Shown here piece after piece: positions 1-8,517 of a DNA stretch of 50,164 bases (positions are counted from its first letter, which is position 1; each line of letters opens with the position of its first letter). Source of the DNA: Candidatus Methylomirabilota bacterium (lineage in GTDB: Bacteria > Methylomirabilota > Methylomirabilia > Rokubacteriales > CSP1-6). The stretch is taken from contig DASZJM010000129.1 in the NCBI GenBank assembly GCA_035948165.1, positions 1-50,164 on the forward strand, in the 5' to 3' direction. The notes under the pieces are model-generated. The model saw nothing but the letters and a program-made list of their open reading frames with translations, was not told the origin of the DNA and ran no database searches. A program made the position numbers and the translations under genes.

Positions 1-353
1 CGCTCGCGCACCTTGTTCAGCAAGCGCTCGACGGTGAAGGGCTTCGCCACGAATGCGTCGACCGGGATGAGGACGCCCGCGTCGCTGATCACCTCGGCGG
101 CCCGCCCGGACATGAAGATCATCTTGATGTCGGGCCGGAGGGAGACGAGCCGATCGGCCAGCTCCTTGCCGTTGATCCCGGGCATCATGATGTCGGTTAG
201 GAGCAGGTGGATCGTCCCCGGGTGCTCCTCGGCGAGCTTGAGCGCGGTGTCCCCGTCCTCGGCCTCGAGCACCCGATAGCCGGCGCCCACCAGGATGTCC
301 CGGGCCAGGGTTCGCACCTGGGCCTCGTCGTCCACCACCAGGATCGTCTCCAT
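1..353 (-). CDS. Response regulator receiver (CheY-like) protein, partial; C-terminal end lies outside the window
   Basis: Own reverse-strand translation from ATG 353-351: METILVVDDEAQVRTLARDILVGAGYRVLEAEDGDTALKLAEEHPGTIHLLLTDIMMPGINGKELADRL...FVAKPF. It has the DD pair, a phospho-acceptor D in LLLTDIMMP and the conserved K in AKPF. Absent from the ORF track because it runs off the edge. Confidence 0.8.
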   Translation of the reverse strand, partial: METILVVDDEAQVRTLARDILVGAGYRVLEAEDGDTALKLAEEHPGTIHLLLTDIMMPGINGKELADRLVSLRPDIKMIFMSGRAAEVISDAGVLIPVDAFVAKPFTVERLLNKVRE

Positions 354-450
354 TCGCGGCCTATTCTACCTCCCCGGGGCCCGCTTTCTCACACGTGCCG
401 TGTTCAACTTGCAGGCGGGCGCCGGGGTTCCGTGGCGGGCGCGCCTCGCC

Positions 451-480
451 TTGACAGGCCCGTGGCCCGCGCCCTACAGT
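451..480 (+). promoter_or_regulatory. Sigma-70-like promoter TTGACA-N18-TACAGT, 9 nt upstream of ATG 490 (leaderless geometry)
   Basis: cgccTTGACAggc (451-456) ... TACAGT (475-480), then catccgcac, then ATG. Near-identical architecture at 35520-35549. Confidence 0.4.
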
Positions 481-489
481 CATCCGCAC

Positions 490-819
490 ATGCGCAAATG
501 GATCGGCGCCCTCAGCCTGGTGTGGCTCCTCTGGTCTGATCTGTCCATCATCGACAAGGACAACCCCCTCGACACCATCATGCTGCGATGGCTCTCCCGC
601 GTGCCGCATCTCCAGACCGACCGGATCGTGGCCGGCACCTATCCGACCGCGGAGGAGTGCAAGGTCGCACTGGAGCGGCACATCGTCACCCTCAAGGCGA
701 TCAACGACAGCTGGTCCGCGGAGGAGTTCACGCGGGACGGCGACTCGGGCACGATCCACTACCACCCGAAGGGCATCGAGTACGCGCGCGCAGATCTCCG
801 CTGCGCGGAGCAGCCGTAG
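490..819 (+). CDS. Hypothetical small secreted or membrane-anchored protein (109 aa)
   Basis: Internal ATG of ORF 295..819. N-terminus MRKWIGALSLVWLLW is signal-peptide-like. Strong GC3 codon bias. No family recognised. Confidence 0.55.
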   Translation: MRKWIGALSLVWLLWSDLSIIDKDNPLDTIMLRWLSRVPHLQTDRIVAGTYPTAEECKVALERHIVTLKAINDSWSAEEFTRDGDSGTIHYHPKGIEYARADLRCAEQP

Positions 820-825
820 CACCCC

Positions 826-1608
826 TTAGCGGCTCACGGGTGGCGTCGGCGTTCCCGCCGGCGCCTCGGTGCGGACGGGTGGACGCGGCTCGCGTGATCC
901 CCCCTCGAAGAGATCCATCAGCCACGGCACCGTGACCACCACCACGATGGCCAGGACGATCAGCACCAGCGTCGCGCGGAACCAGCCGCTCACGAAGATG
1001 CTGGGCGGCCCGTCGTAGACCTCGGCCTCACCCCGCAGCACCGCCAGCTCGGCCCGCAGCTGCTCCTGCTCCGCCTCGAGGCCCTCGAGCCGCGAGCGGA
1101 GCTGCCGCACGGTGCCGGCCAGATCCCGGGGAGAGGGCGAGCGCGAGGCGCGGCTCCTCTCGGGGGCCGTGGTGGCGGTGGCCACCGCAGTGGCCAGCCG
1201 GCGCCGGCGCGTCCGCTCGGCCGGGACCGACTCCCCGGCTCCATCGCCGGTCAGCGCGAGCTGACGGCCGGTCGACGGCACCGCGATCTCCGAGCCGGGC
1301 GTCGCCTGGCCGGATCCGGGAGGCCGGCGTACTGGGGGCCCGCCGCCCTGCTGGGCGACCGCTTCCACCGGCCGGCCCATCGCATGGAGCTCGTCCCGCG
1401 AAAGATTCTGGATGCGGGCGAGCAGGCTCTTCACCGTCCGCTCGGAGACCTGGTGGGCCAGGACGAGGCGACCGTGCTCGTCGCCGTCCTCCACGTACGC
1501 GACCCAGTCCTTCAGGCTACGGGTACCGTGCCATGCGACGGTTAACCCACTGACCTGCATCCGCTTCCGGCCCTCGATCTTCGCGAGCGGCTTGCGCGTG
1601 ACCTCCAT
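826..1608 (-). CDS. Hypothetical coiled-coil protein with C-terminal transmembrane anchor
   Basis: ORF 826..1704; start taken at MEVTRKPLAK (ATG 1608). Has a coiled-coil stretch LRSRLEGLEAEQEQLRAELAVLRGE followed by the TM segment WFRATLVLIVLAIVVVVTVPWL. Divergent from mreB. Start uncertain. Confidence 0.5.
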   Translation of the reverse strand: MEVTRKPLAKIEGRKRMQVSGLTVAWHGTRSLKDWVAYVEDGDEHGRLVLAHQVSERTVKSLLARIQNLSRDELHAMGRPVEAVAQQGGGPPVRRPPGSGQATPGSEIAVPSTGRQLALTGDGAGESVPAERTRRRRLATAVATATTAPERSRASRSPSPRDLAGTVRQLRSRLEGLEAEQEQLRAELAVLRGEAEVYDGPPSIFVSGWFRATLVLIVLAIVVVVTVPWLMDLFEGGSREPRPPVRTEAPAGTPTPPVSR

Positions 1609-1716
1609 CCGGTGTCTTTGTCCTTTCCCTTCTCCCACGCCGCCCCGGCGCGCGGCCCAAGAGTACGCTGGGCTTTTCGACCTGACAAGGCCCTTCCTGG
1701 TCAAATCTGGAGTAGT

Positions 1717-1757
1717 TTTTACACGAGTGTCATGTAAAACCTACACGACGTGACACT
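1717..1757. promoter_or_regulatory. AT-rich nested inverted repeats (operator- or UAS-like) in the divergent region upstream of mreB
   Basis: TTTTACA (1717-1723) N9 TGTAAAA (1733-1739), interleaved with AGTGTCA (1726-1732) N18 TGACACT (1751-1757). It is a low-GC island in high-GC DNA, about 100-130 nt upstream of the -24 element at 1849. Confidence 0.35.
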
Positions 1758-1848
1758 TTCCATCGTCCGCGCCGATCGGTCACCCCCGCCTATTGTGGGA
1801 GTACGGTCCCCGGCAACCATTCCGCGTCGTCACTGCAGCCCACTTCCC

Positions 1849-1863
1849 TGGCACATCCGTTGC
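1849..1863 (+). promoter_or_regulatory. Sigma-54 type -24/-12 promoter element upstream of mreB
   Basis: Exact TGGCAC-atccg-TTGC (followed by GT). 28 nt to ATG 1892, with RBS AAGGAG at 1881-1886. Confidence 0.6.
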
Positions 1864-1891
1864 GTCCTGTCCCCCCGCGAAAGGAGTGGGC

Positions 1892-2917
1892 ATGCGTCTG
1901 ACATCTCTCATGGGCTTCCTCGCCGACGACCTCGCGGTCGACCTGGGCACCGCCAACACCCTCGTGTACGTCCGGGGGCAAGGCATCGTTCTGAACGAGC
2001 CCTCGATCGTGGCCATGAAGGATGGCGCAGTGCTCGCGGCGGGTCACGAGGCCAAGGCCATGCTGGGCCGCGCGCCCGGGACGATCTCGGTGGTGCGCCC
2101 GCTCCGTCACGGGGTCATCGCCGACTTCGACAGCACCGAGAAGATGCTCCACTACTTCATCGCCAAGACCCGCCAGCGACGGAGCATCGTCCACCCGCGC
2201 GTGGTGGTCACGGTGCCGTCCGGCATCACCCAGGTCGAGAAGCGCGCGGTGCGTCAGTCGGCCCGCCAGGCGGGTGCCCGCGAGGCCTTCCTCATCGAGG
2301 AGCCGATCGCGGCGGCGCTCGGCGCCGGTCTGCCGGTGGCCGAGCCGGGCGCCAACATGATCGTCGACATCGGCGGCGGCACCACCGAGGTCGCGGTGAT
2401 GTCGCTCTCCGGCATCGTCTACTGCAAGTCGGTGCGGATCGCGGGTGACGAGATGAACGCCTCGGTCATCCAGCACATCCGCAAGAGCTACAGCCTCCTC
2501 GTGGGCGAGCGTCACGCCGAGGAGATCAAGCTCAAGCTCGGCTCGGCCTACCCGATCCCGGGCGAGCACCTCACCATGGAGGTCAAGGGGCGCGACCTCA
2601 TCGTCGGCATCCCCAAGACCATCCTGGTCACCGGCGAGGAGATCCGCGAGGCGCTGCGCGAGCCGATCATGGCCATCGTGAGCGCGGTGCACACGTGCCT
2701 CGAGCAGATCCCGCCCGAGCTGGCCGCCGACATCGTGGACAAGGGCATCGTCGTCTCGGGCGGCGGCGCGCTCCTGCGCGGCCTCGGCCCGCTGCTCCAC
2801 GACCAGACCGGGCTGCCCATCCGGGTCAGCGAGGATCCGCTCACCTGCGTCGTGCGCGGCGCGGGATGCCTGCTGGACGACGTCAAGCTGCTCTCTCGCG
2901 TCGCCCTGCCTTCGTAG
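1892..2917 (+). CDS. mreB: Rod shape-determining actin homologue MreB
   Basis: MRLTSLMGFLADDLAVDLGTANTLVYVRGQGIVLNEPSIVA...DIGGGTTEVAV...GGGALLRGL. RBS AAGGAG lies 5 nt upstream of ATG 1892. No mreC/mreD/rodA downstream. Confidence 0.95.
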   Translation: MRLTSLMGFLADDLAVDLGTANTLVYVRGQGIVLNEPSIVAMKDGAVLAAGHEAKAMLGRAPGTISVVRPLRHGVIADFDSTEKMLHYFIAKTRQRRSIVHPRVVVTVPSGITQVEKRAVRQSARQAGAREAFLIEEPIAAALGAGLPVAEPGANMIVDIGGGTTEVAVMSLSGIVYCKSVRIAGDEMNASVIQHIRKSYSLLVGERHAEEIKLKLGSAYPIPGEHLTMEVKGRDLIVGIPKTILVTGEEIREALREPIMAIVSAVHTCLEQIPPELAADIVDKGIVVSGGGALLRGLGPLLHDQTGLPIRVSEDPLTCVVRGAGCLLDDVKLLSRVALPS

Positions 2918-2958
2918 TCGCCCGCCCGCCGTCCCTCGTCGTCCCCTCGTGACGACGC

Positions 2959-2964
2959 TATAAT
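2959..2964 (+). promoter_or_regulatory. Perfect TATAAT -10 hexamer between mreB and the alcohol dehydrogenase gene
   Basis: gacgacgcTATAATgtcgg. The -35 is poor (TCGTCG). It is immediately preceded by the hairpin GTCGTC-ccctcgt-GACGAC (2938-2956), which could terminate mreB. Confidence 0.3.
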
Positions 2965-3023
2965 GTCGGCCACGCCGGCCGCGGGGCCGGCCGCCGATCC
3001 CTCGTCACCCACTGGAGGCCGCG

Positions 3024-4316
3024 ATGAAGGGCGTGACCCTGCCGACCGAGACCGTCTTCGTGATGGAGAACTCGCCGATCAAGTTCGGGCTCGGGGCCAT
3101 GGACGAGATCGGCTTCGACGCGACCCGGCTCGGCATCCGGAAGGCGCTGATCTTCACCGATCGCCACGTCGCGGAGCTGGGCCTGCCCGAGCGGGTCCGC
3201 GCCCTCCTCGAGGAGCAGGGCGTGAAGGCCGACGTGTGGGACGGGGTCGAGGTGGAGCCCACCGACCGGTCGATGGAGGAGGCGGGCGAGTACGCGCGAT
3301 CCAAGGAGTTCGACGGGCTCATCGCGGTCGGCGGCGGCAGCACCATCGACACCTGCAAGGCCGCCAACCTCCTCACCTGCTATCCGGCCCCGCTGCTCGA
3401 CTACATCAACAAGCCGGTCGGCAAGGGCGTGCCGGTGCCGGGCCCGATGCGGCCCCTGATCGCGGTGCCCACCACCTCGGGAACCGGCAGCGAGACGACC
3501 GCGGTCGCGGTGACCCACGTGATCGATCAGAACGTGAAGGCGGGCGTGTCCCACCGCCTCCTGCGTCCCGCCCTCGGCGTGGTGGACCCGCTCAACACCC
3601 TGAGCGCGCCGCCCGAGGTCACCGCCGCGGCGGGCGCCGACATCCTCACCCACGCGATCGAGTCCTACACCACCCGGCCCTACGATGCGCGTGCCAAGCA
3701 CCATCCGCCGGACCGCCCCGCCTACATCGGCGCGAACCCGGCCAGCGACATCTGGTGCGAGAAGGCGATGGAGTACGCCGCGCGCTATCTCCGCCGCGCG
3801 GTCCTGAACGGCCTCGACGTGGAGGCGCGCCTGCACCTGGCGCTGGCCGCCAACTACGCGGGCATCGGCTTCGGCAACGCGGGGGTGCACATCCCCCACG
3901 CGGTGGCCTACCCGATCGCGGGCCTCGTGCGCGACTACGTCCCGAGCGGCTACCGCACCCGCCACGCCCTGGTGCCGCACGGCATGTCGGTGATCCTCAC
4001 CGCGCCCGCCGCGTTCCGCTTCACCTACGCGACGTCGCCCGAGCGTCACCTGCGCGCCGCCGAGCTGCTCGGGGTGCCGGTGGCGGACCTGAGCGAGGCG
4101 GAGCGGCGCGAGGCGCTGCCACGGGCGCTCCTGTCGATCATGCGCGACATCGGCATTCCCAACGGCCTCACCGCCATCGGCTACACCGAGCGCGACGTCC
4201 CCGCCCTCATCGAGGGCACCCTGCGCCAGCCGCGGCTGCTGTCGGGCGCGCCGCGGCCGGTGGGGCAGCCGGAGCTCGAGCTGATCCTGCGGGACTCGAT
4301 GCAGTACTGGGGCTAG
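3024..4316 (+). CDS. Iron-containing (group III) alcohol dehydrogenase family protein, hydroxyacid-oxoacid transhydrogenase-like
   Basis: 430 aa. Contains GLIAVGGGSTIDTCKAA, the PTTSGTGSETT nucleotide/metal region and histidine-rich HAIESY...GVHIPHA motifs. RBS GGAGG upstream. Confidence 0.85.
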   Translation: MKGVTLPTETVFVMENSPIKFGLGAMDEIGFDATRLGIRKALIFTDRHVAELGLPERVRALLEEQGVKADVWDGVEVEPTDRSMEEAGEYARSKEFDGLIAVGGGSTIDTCKAANLLTCYPAPLLDYINKPVGKGVPVPGPMRPLIAVPTTSGTGSETTAVAVTHVIDQNVKAGVSHRLLRPALGVVDPLNTLSAPPEVTAAAGADILTHAIESYTTRPYDARAKHHPPDRPAYIGANPASDIWCEKAMEYAARYLRRAVLNGLDVEARLHLALAANYAGIGFGNAGVHIPHAVAYPIAGLVRDYVPSGYRTRHALVPHGMSVILTAPAAFRFTYATSPERHLRAAELLGVPVADLSEAERREALPRALLSIMRDIGIPNGLTAIGYTERDVPALIEGTLRQPRLLSGAPRPVGQPELELILRDSMQYWG

Positions 4317-5689
4317 AGCTGCCCGGAGTCGCCCCAGTCGGGGAGGAGCGCGCGGTAGGCGGGGCTTTCGTACCGATCGAGGCGGAACGCGGGAGCGTAG
4401 CGGGGCAGCGGGCGCTCCGCGATGTAGTCGGCGAGGAGATCGGCGGCGCCGTTCGAGGACATCATCCCGTAGCCCGAGAGGCCGCCCAGGACGTAGGCCC
4501 CCTCCACCGGTAGCGGCCCGGACAGCAGGCGGTTCTCCTCGGTCTTGGTGTAGTAGCCGCCGTCGACGAAGTGCTTCGGCAGGCGCGGGACGTAAGCGCG
4601 CAGGCCGGGGATCAGGCGGGTCATCCCGCGGATCACGATCTCCGCGTAGGCCGGGTCGAACTCCACCGGGAAGCGCGGCTCCATCGGCTCCACGTCGTAG
4701 GTCCACACCCCGAGCATGATCGGGCTGTCGCCGCCGCCCTCCGGCCGACCGTGGACGCCGGCGGGCATCTCCTCCAGGAGATGACGCAGCGATTCGGCCT
4801 GACCGAGTTCCTCGCGCTCGTCGTCGGACCACGGCAGCCGCACCGGATCCGTCCAGATCATCATCGGGGCGTGACGGGGCACCACGCCCTGCGTGTCGTG
4901 GAACGCGACCTTGGCGTGCCGCTCGCAGAACACCGGGATCTCGACGTCCAGGAACCGCCCGACCTCCTTCACGTGCGGGCCCGCTGCGTTCACGAACCGG
5001 GGGGTGCCGATCGTGCGCCGCCCGCCACCGCCGCTCACCCGCGCGCCGGTCACGCGGCCTCCTGCGGTCTCCACCCCGTCCACCCGTCCCTCGATCAGCC
5101 GCACCCCGGCCTCGCGCGCGCGCTCGAGCATGTACATGCCGAGCTGCTGGCCGCTGAACCAGCCGCAGCGGCGGGCGTGCAGGAGCGCCACCGTGTCCTC
5201 CGCGAGGTACGGGAAGTGACGGCGGATCAGCTCGGGGTCGGTGACCACGTCGGTCCCGGTCGGCTGGCCCTCGTAGCCGGCGGCCGGCGACGGCCGATAG
5301 TCGCCGCCCGCCGAGCGGTGCAGGCGCAGGGGCCCCACGCCTCGCGCGGCCGCATCCTCGGCCGCCTTCACGTAGCCCGCGATCTGCTCCGGCTGGGCGG
5401 TGGCGAAGAGATAGCCGCGGCGATTCATCAGGAAGACGTTGTCGCTCTCGCGCGCGAGGTCCTCCATCAGGTCGATGCTGCGGTTCATGAGGGCGGCCAT
5501 GTCGTCGCCCGGCCCCGGCCACCAGTTGCGGTAGGACTCGGCCGACTTGTCGCTGGTCAGCGTGAGCGGCGGCCGCTCGTCGACGAGGACCACGGACCGG
5601 ACGCCCCGCCGGACCGCCAGGTGATAGGCCGCCGCGACCCCGGCGATGCCCGCCCCGCAGATCACGACCTCCGCCGTCTCCGCGCTCAT
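4313..5689 (-). CDS. FAD-dependent oxidoreductase (DAO family)
   Basis: N-terminal dinucleotide fold VVICGAGIAGVAAAYHLA...VVLVDE. 458 aa. 4-nt convergent overlap with the preceding gene. Confidence 0.85.
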   Translation of the reverse strand: MSAETAEVVICGAGIAGVAAAYHLAVRRGVRSVVLVDERPPLTLTSDKSAESYRNWWPGPGDDMAALMNRSIDLMEDLARESDNVFLMNRRGYLFATAQPEQIAGYVKAAEDAAARGVGPLRLHRSAGGDYRPSPAAGYEGQPTGTDVVTDPELIRRHFPYLAEDTVALLHARRCGWFSGQQLGMYMLERAREAGVRLIEGRVDGVETAGGRVTGARVSGGGGRRTIGTPRFVNAAGPHVKEVGRFLDVEIPVFCERHAKVAFHDTQGVVPRHAPMMIWTDPVRLPWSDDEREELGQAESLRHLLEEMPAGVHGRPEGGGDSPIMLGVWTYDVEPMEPRFPVEFDPAYAEIVIRGMTRLIPGLRAYVPRLPKHFVDGGYYTKTEENRLLSGPLPVEGAYVLGGLSGYGMMSSNGAADLLADYIAERPLPRYAPAFRLDRYESPAYRALLPDWGDSGQL

Positions 5690-5832
5690 TTCGCGACGAC
5701 TCTACACGCTTTGAGCGGGCAGGGAAACCGGGCGCCACCAGGTGGACACTGTCACCGTCACGATGGGGTCGTGACGCTCCGACAGCGACCTGACACGCCC
5801 GTAAGCGGTCGATACATTGGGCTTCTTCCCGC

Positions 5833-5847
5833 AGGCATGTCGGTTGC
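5833..5847 (+). promoter_or_regulatory. Sigma-54-like -24/-12 element (two mismatches) 13 nt upstream of the PilZ ATG
   Basis: AGGCAT-gtcgg-TTGCT. The GG and GC invariants have the correct 10-nt spacing. Only 13 nt precede ATG 5861. Confidence 0.35.
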
Positions 5848-5860
5848 TGCATGCCGGCAC

Positions 5861-6175
5861 ATGATGATCTCCCGACAGAACGATCGCCGCCGGCACCCCC
5901 GCTCGGACGTCTCCTGGCTCGTGGTCGTGGAGGCCGGGAAGCGCCGCTTCCTGCTCCAGACGGTGGACATCTCGGCCCGCGGCGCGAAGGTGCGGCCGCG
6001 GGAGCGCCTCGACATCGGCACGCCGGCGCAGCTTCGCTTCCGGCCGCCGGACGGGACCCCCTTCAACGTGCCGGCCCTGGTCTGGCGCACCGATTCCGAC
6101 GGGCTCGCCTTCCTCTTCATGGGGGACATCCAGGACCGCCTCCGCCGCTCCGGTCGCCTGCTCGCTACTTCTTGA
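5861..6175 (+). CDS. PilZ domain protein (putative c-di-GMP receptor), 104 aa
   Basis: Tail of ORF 4571..6175: MMISRQNDRRRHPRSDV (RxxxR) ... VDISARGAKV (DxSxxG). An alternative ATG at 5837 would lie inside the promoter-like element. Confidence 0.7.
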   Translation: MMISRQNDRRRHPRSDVSWLVVVEAGKRRFLLQTVDISARGAKVRPRERLDIGTPAQLRFRPPDGTPFNVPALVWRTDSDGLAFLFMGDIQDRLRRSGRLLATS

Positions 6176-8480
6176 ACCAGTCCCGGACGCGATCCCACCA
6201 GCGGCCGATCTGCTCCGTCACGCCGCCGTGCTCCTCGCACGGCGGCGGCTCCGTCCCGTTCAGGAAGACCTCGGTGACCACGACCGGGCAGTAGGCCGTC
6301 GCCTTGCGCCCGTTCGTCGCGTCGATCTTCGCGTAGGTGATGCCGGGCGGCTCCGGAAACTCGCCGCCCGGATAGACGTCGAGGGCCTGGCGCATGAACT
6401 CCGACCAGATCGGCAGCGCGCCTTCCGCTCCCGAGAGTCCGGCCGGCGTCCCGTCGTCGAAGCCCACCCACACCAGGGCCAGCAGGTTCGATGAGTAGCC
6501 CACGAACCACGCGTCGCGCCCGTCGTTGGTCGTCCCGGTCTTGCCCGCCACCGCTCCCGGCACGCCCAGCGCGCGCGCGGAGGCGCCGGTGCCCGAATTG
6601 ACGACGCCTTCGAGCAGCGAGGTCATCAAGAACGCCTCCGGCGCGCCGATCACCGGCCGGGTCTCGCGGCTCGCGCTCCAGATCGCGCGGCCGCCGTCGT
6701 CGCTGACCGTCTCGATCGCGCCGCCGCTCGGGGCGAGGCCCCCGTTGGCCAGCGGCACGTAGGCGCGCGCGAGATCGAGCGGAGTGGTCTCGAACACCCC
6801 GAGCGCGAGCGCCGGCACCGGCTTGAGATCGCCCTCCACTCCGAGGCTCCGCGCGGTCTGGACCACGGTGCCGAGGCCTACCGCCTGGGCGAGCCGCACG
6901 GTGGCGGTGTTGAGCGAGCCTTCGAGCGCGCGCCGCACCGTCACCGGTCCCTGATAGCGATCGTCGTAGTTCTTCGGGCTCCACGGCTTGCCGTCCACCA
7001 TCACGGTGATCGGGGCGTCCTCGATCATCGAGGCGGCGGTGAAGCGCGGCCCCTCCTGCCGGGGAGTGAGCGCGGCCAGGAACACGAAGGGCTTGAAGGC
7101 CGAGCCCGGCTGCCGCCGCGCGAGGACCGCGCGGTTGAACTGGCTGACCCGGTAGTCGCGGCCGCCCACCATCGCGCGCACCTGCCCGGTGGCGGGGTCG
7201 AGCACGATGAGCGCGGCCTGCAAGCGCTCCTCCGGATTCTGGCGACGCAGCCGTGGCCGCGCGGTCTCGAGCCGGTCCATCCCCTTGACCACCGCGGCCT
7301 CGGCGATGCGCTGCAGCACCGGGTCGAGCGTGGTGTACACGCGCACCCCGTGCTGATCGGCGAGGTCCACCTCGGTAGAACGCTCGAGCTCGGCGCGAAC
7401 GTAGTCGACGAAGTAGGGGGCGGTCAGGCCGCTGCCCGGGGCGGTACGCGTCTTGACCGGCTCGCGCCGGGCCCGGCGGTAGTCCGCCTCCGAGATCTTG
7501 CCGAGGTCGCGCAGGCGCGTCAGCACCACGTCCCGCCGATCGCGCGCGCGGTCGGGATTGGTGTTGGGCGAGTAGCTGTTCGGACCGCGGATCATGCCGG
7601 CCAGGAGCGCGGCCTCCGGCAGCGTGAGCTGGTGTACCTCCTTGCCGAAGTAGGCCCGCGAGGCGGCGCCGACCCCGCGCACCGCCGCGCCACCCGCCTG
7701 CCCGAGGTAGATCTCGTTGAGGTACGCCTCGAGGATCTGGTCCTTCGAGTACCGCCACTCGACCGCGGTGGAGAGGAACGCCTCGTTGAGCTTGCGCGAG
7801 AACGTGCGCTCCGGAGTGAGCAACCGGCTCTTCACGAGCTGCTGGGTGATCGTGCTGCCTCCCTCGACTACCCGCCCCTTGCGGACGTTGGCCCAGACGG
7901 CCCGGAGCACCCCGCGCGGGTCGAGCCCGCCGTGCTCGTAGAAGCGCTCGTCCTCGATGGCGAGGACCGCGGTGCGCAGCACCGGGGGCACGTCGGCCAG
8001 GCGTACCGGGCGGATGTTCTCGCCCATGCTGGCGCCCGCGCTCGCGAGCAGCTCGGGCGGCAGGGCCACGCTCTGGACCTCGGCCCCGTTCTGCCGCAGC
8101 CGGGTGATCCGCCCGCCCGACACGGTGAGACTCACCCGGCCCGCACCGCCGTTTCCGGAGCCGACCGCGATGTCCCACGCGCCGTCCGATCGAGAGAACT
8201 GGCCCGCGCCCGCCGCGCTCCGCGTCTCGCGATAGCCGAGCCGGCCCAGGAGACCGGCGAGATCGAGGGCGCCCACCGAGACCCCAGGTCGCAGCACCGG
8301 CGGCGCCGCGTAGAGGACGGTCGAGCGGCGGGCCTCGACCCGCTCGAACTTGGAGAGCGCCCGCGCCGAGTAGATCGCGAGCCCGCCCGCCACCAGGACC
8401 AGGACGCCGAACAGCGCCGCCGCGAAGAGGGTCAGGCGGCGCAGGACGCGGAAGCGGCCCTCCCACAACGCGACCATCAC
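6165..8480 (-). CDS. Class A penicillin-binding protein (glycosyltransferase GT51 + transpeptidase), PBP1B-like layout
   Basis: 771 aa. N-terminal TM, then about 100 aa inserted before GT51 motifs (EDERFYEHGGLD, GGSTITQQLVK). Transpeptidase motifs SAFKPF (SxxK) and KTGTTND (KTG). Confidence 0.95.
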   Translation of the reverse strand: MMVALWEGRFRVLRRLTLFAAALFGVLVLVAGGLAIYSARALSKFERVEARRSTVLYAAPPVLRPGVSVGALDLAGLLGRLGYRETRSAAGAGQFSRSDGAWDIAVGSGNGGAGRVSLTVSGGRITRLRQNGAEVQSVALPPELLASAGASMGENIRPVRLADVPPVLRTAVLAIEDERFYEHGGLDPRGVLRAVWANVRKGRVVEGGSTITQQLVKSRLLTPERTFSRKLNEAFLSTAVEWRYSKDQILEAYLNEIYLGQAGGAAVRGVGAASRAYFGKEVHQLTLPEAALLAGMIRGPNSYSPNTNPDRARDRRDVVLTRLRDLGKISEADYRRARREPVKTRTAPGSGLTAPYFVDYVRAELERSTEVDLADQHGVRVYTTLDPVLQRIAEAAVVKGMDRLETARPRLRRQNPEERLQAALIVLDPATGQVRAMVGGRDYRVSQFNRAVLARRQPGSAFKPFVFLAALTPRQEGPRFTAASMIEDAPITVMVDGKPWSPKNYDDRYQGPVTVRRALEGSLNTATVRLAQAVGLGTVVQTARSLGVEGDLKPVPALALGVFETTPLDLARAYVPLANGGLAPSGGAIETVSDDGGRAIWSASRETRPVIGAPEAFLMTSLLEGVVNSGTGASARALGVPGAVAGKTGTTNDGRDAWFVGYSSNLLALVWVGFDDGTPAGLSGAEGALPIWSEFMRQALDVYPGGEFPEPPGITYAKIDATNGRKATAYCPVVVTEVFLNGTEPPPCEEHGGVTEQIGRWWDRVRDWFKK

Positions 8481-8517
8481 GCGTCCGCGCGCACGCCCGG
8501 GGAGAGAGCCGAGAGGC

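Noticed and set aside
1609-1704. Longer version of the 826.. ORF starting at ATG 1704
   Set aside because: The extension (MTRKGLVRSKSPAYSWAARRGGVGEGKGQRHR) has poor coding character and would overlap a TTGTCA-N17-TACTCT promoter-like sequence on that strand (1689-1660). Start at 1608 preferred, but this is not certain.
2958-8466. Very long antisense or off-frame ORFs (for example 2958..5852 minus 964 aa, 5758..8466 minus 902 aa, 15466..18330 minus 954 aa, 18707..21676 plus 989 aa, 46930..49143 minus 737 aa)
   Set aside because: Their translations are Arg/Gly/Pro/Ala-rich low-complexity sequence with no motifs. They overlap genes with clear family signatures. Long spurious ORFs are expected in roughly 70% GC DNA because stop codons are AT-rich.
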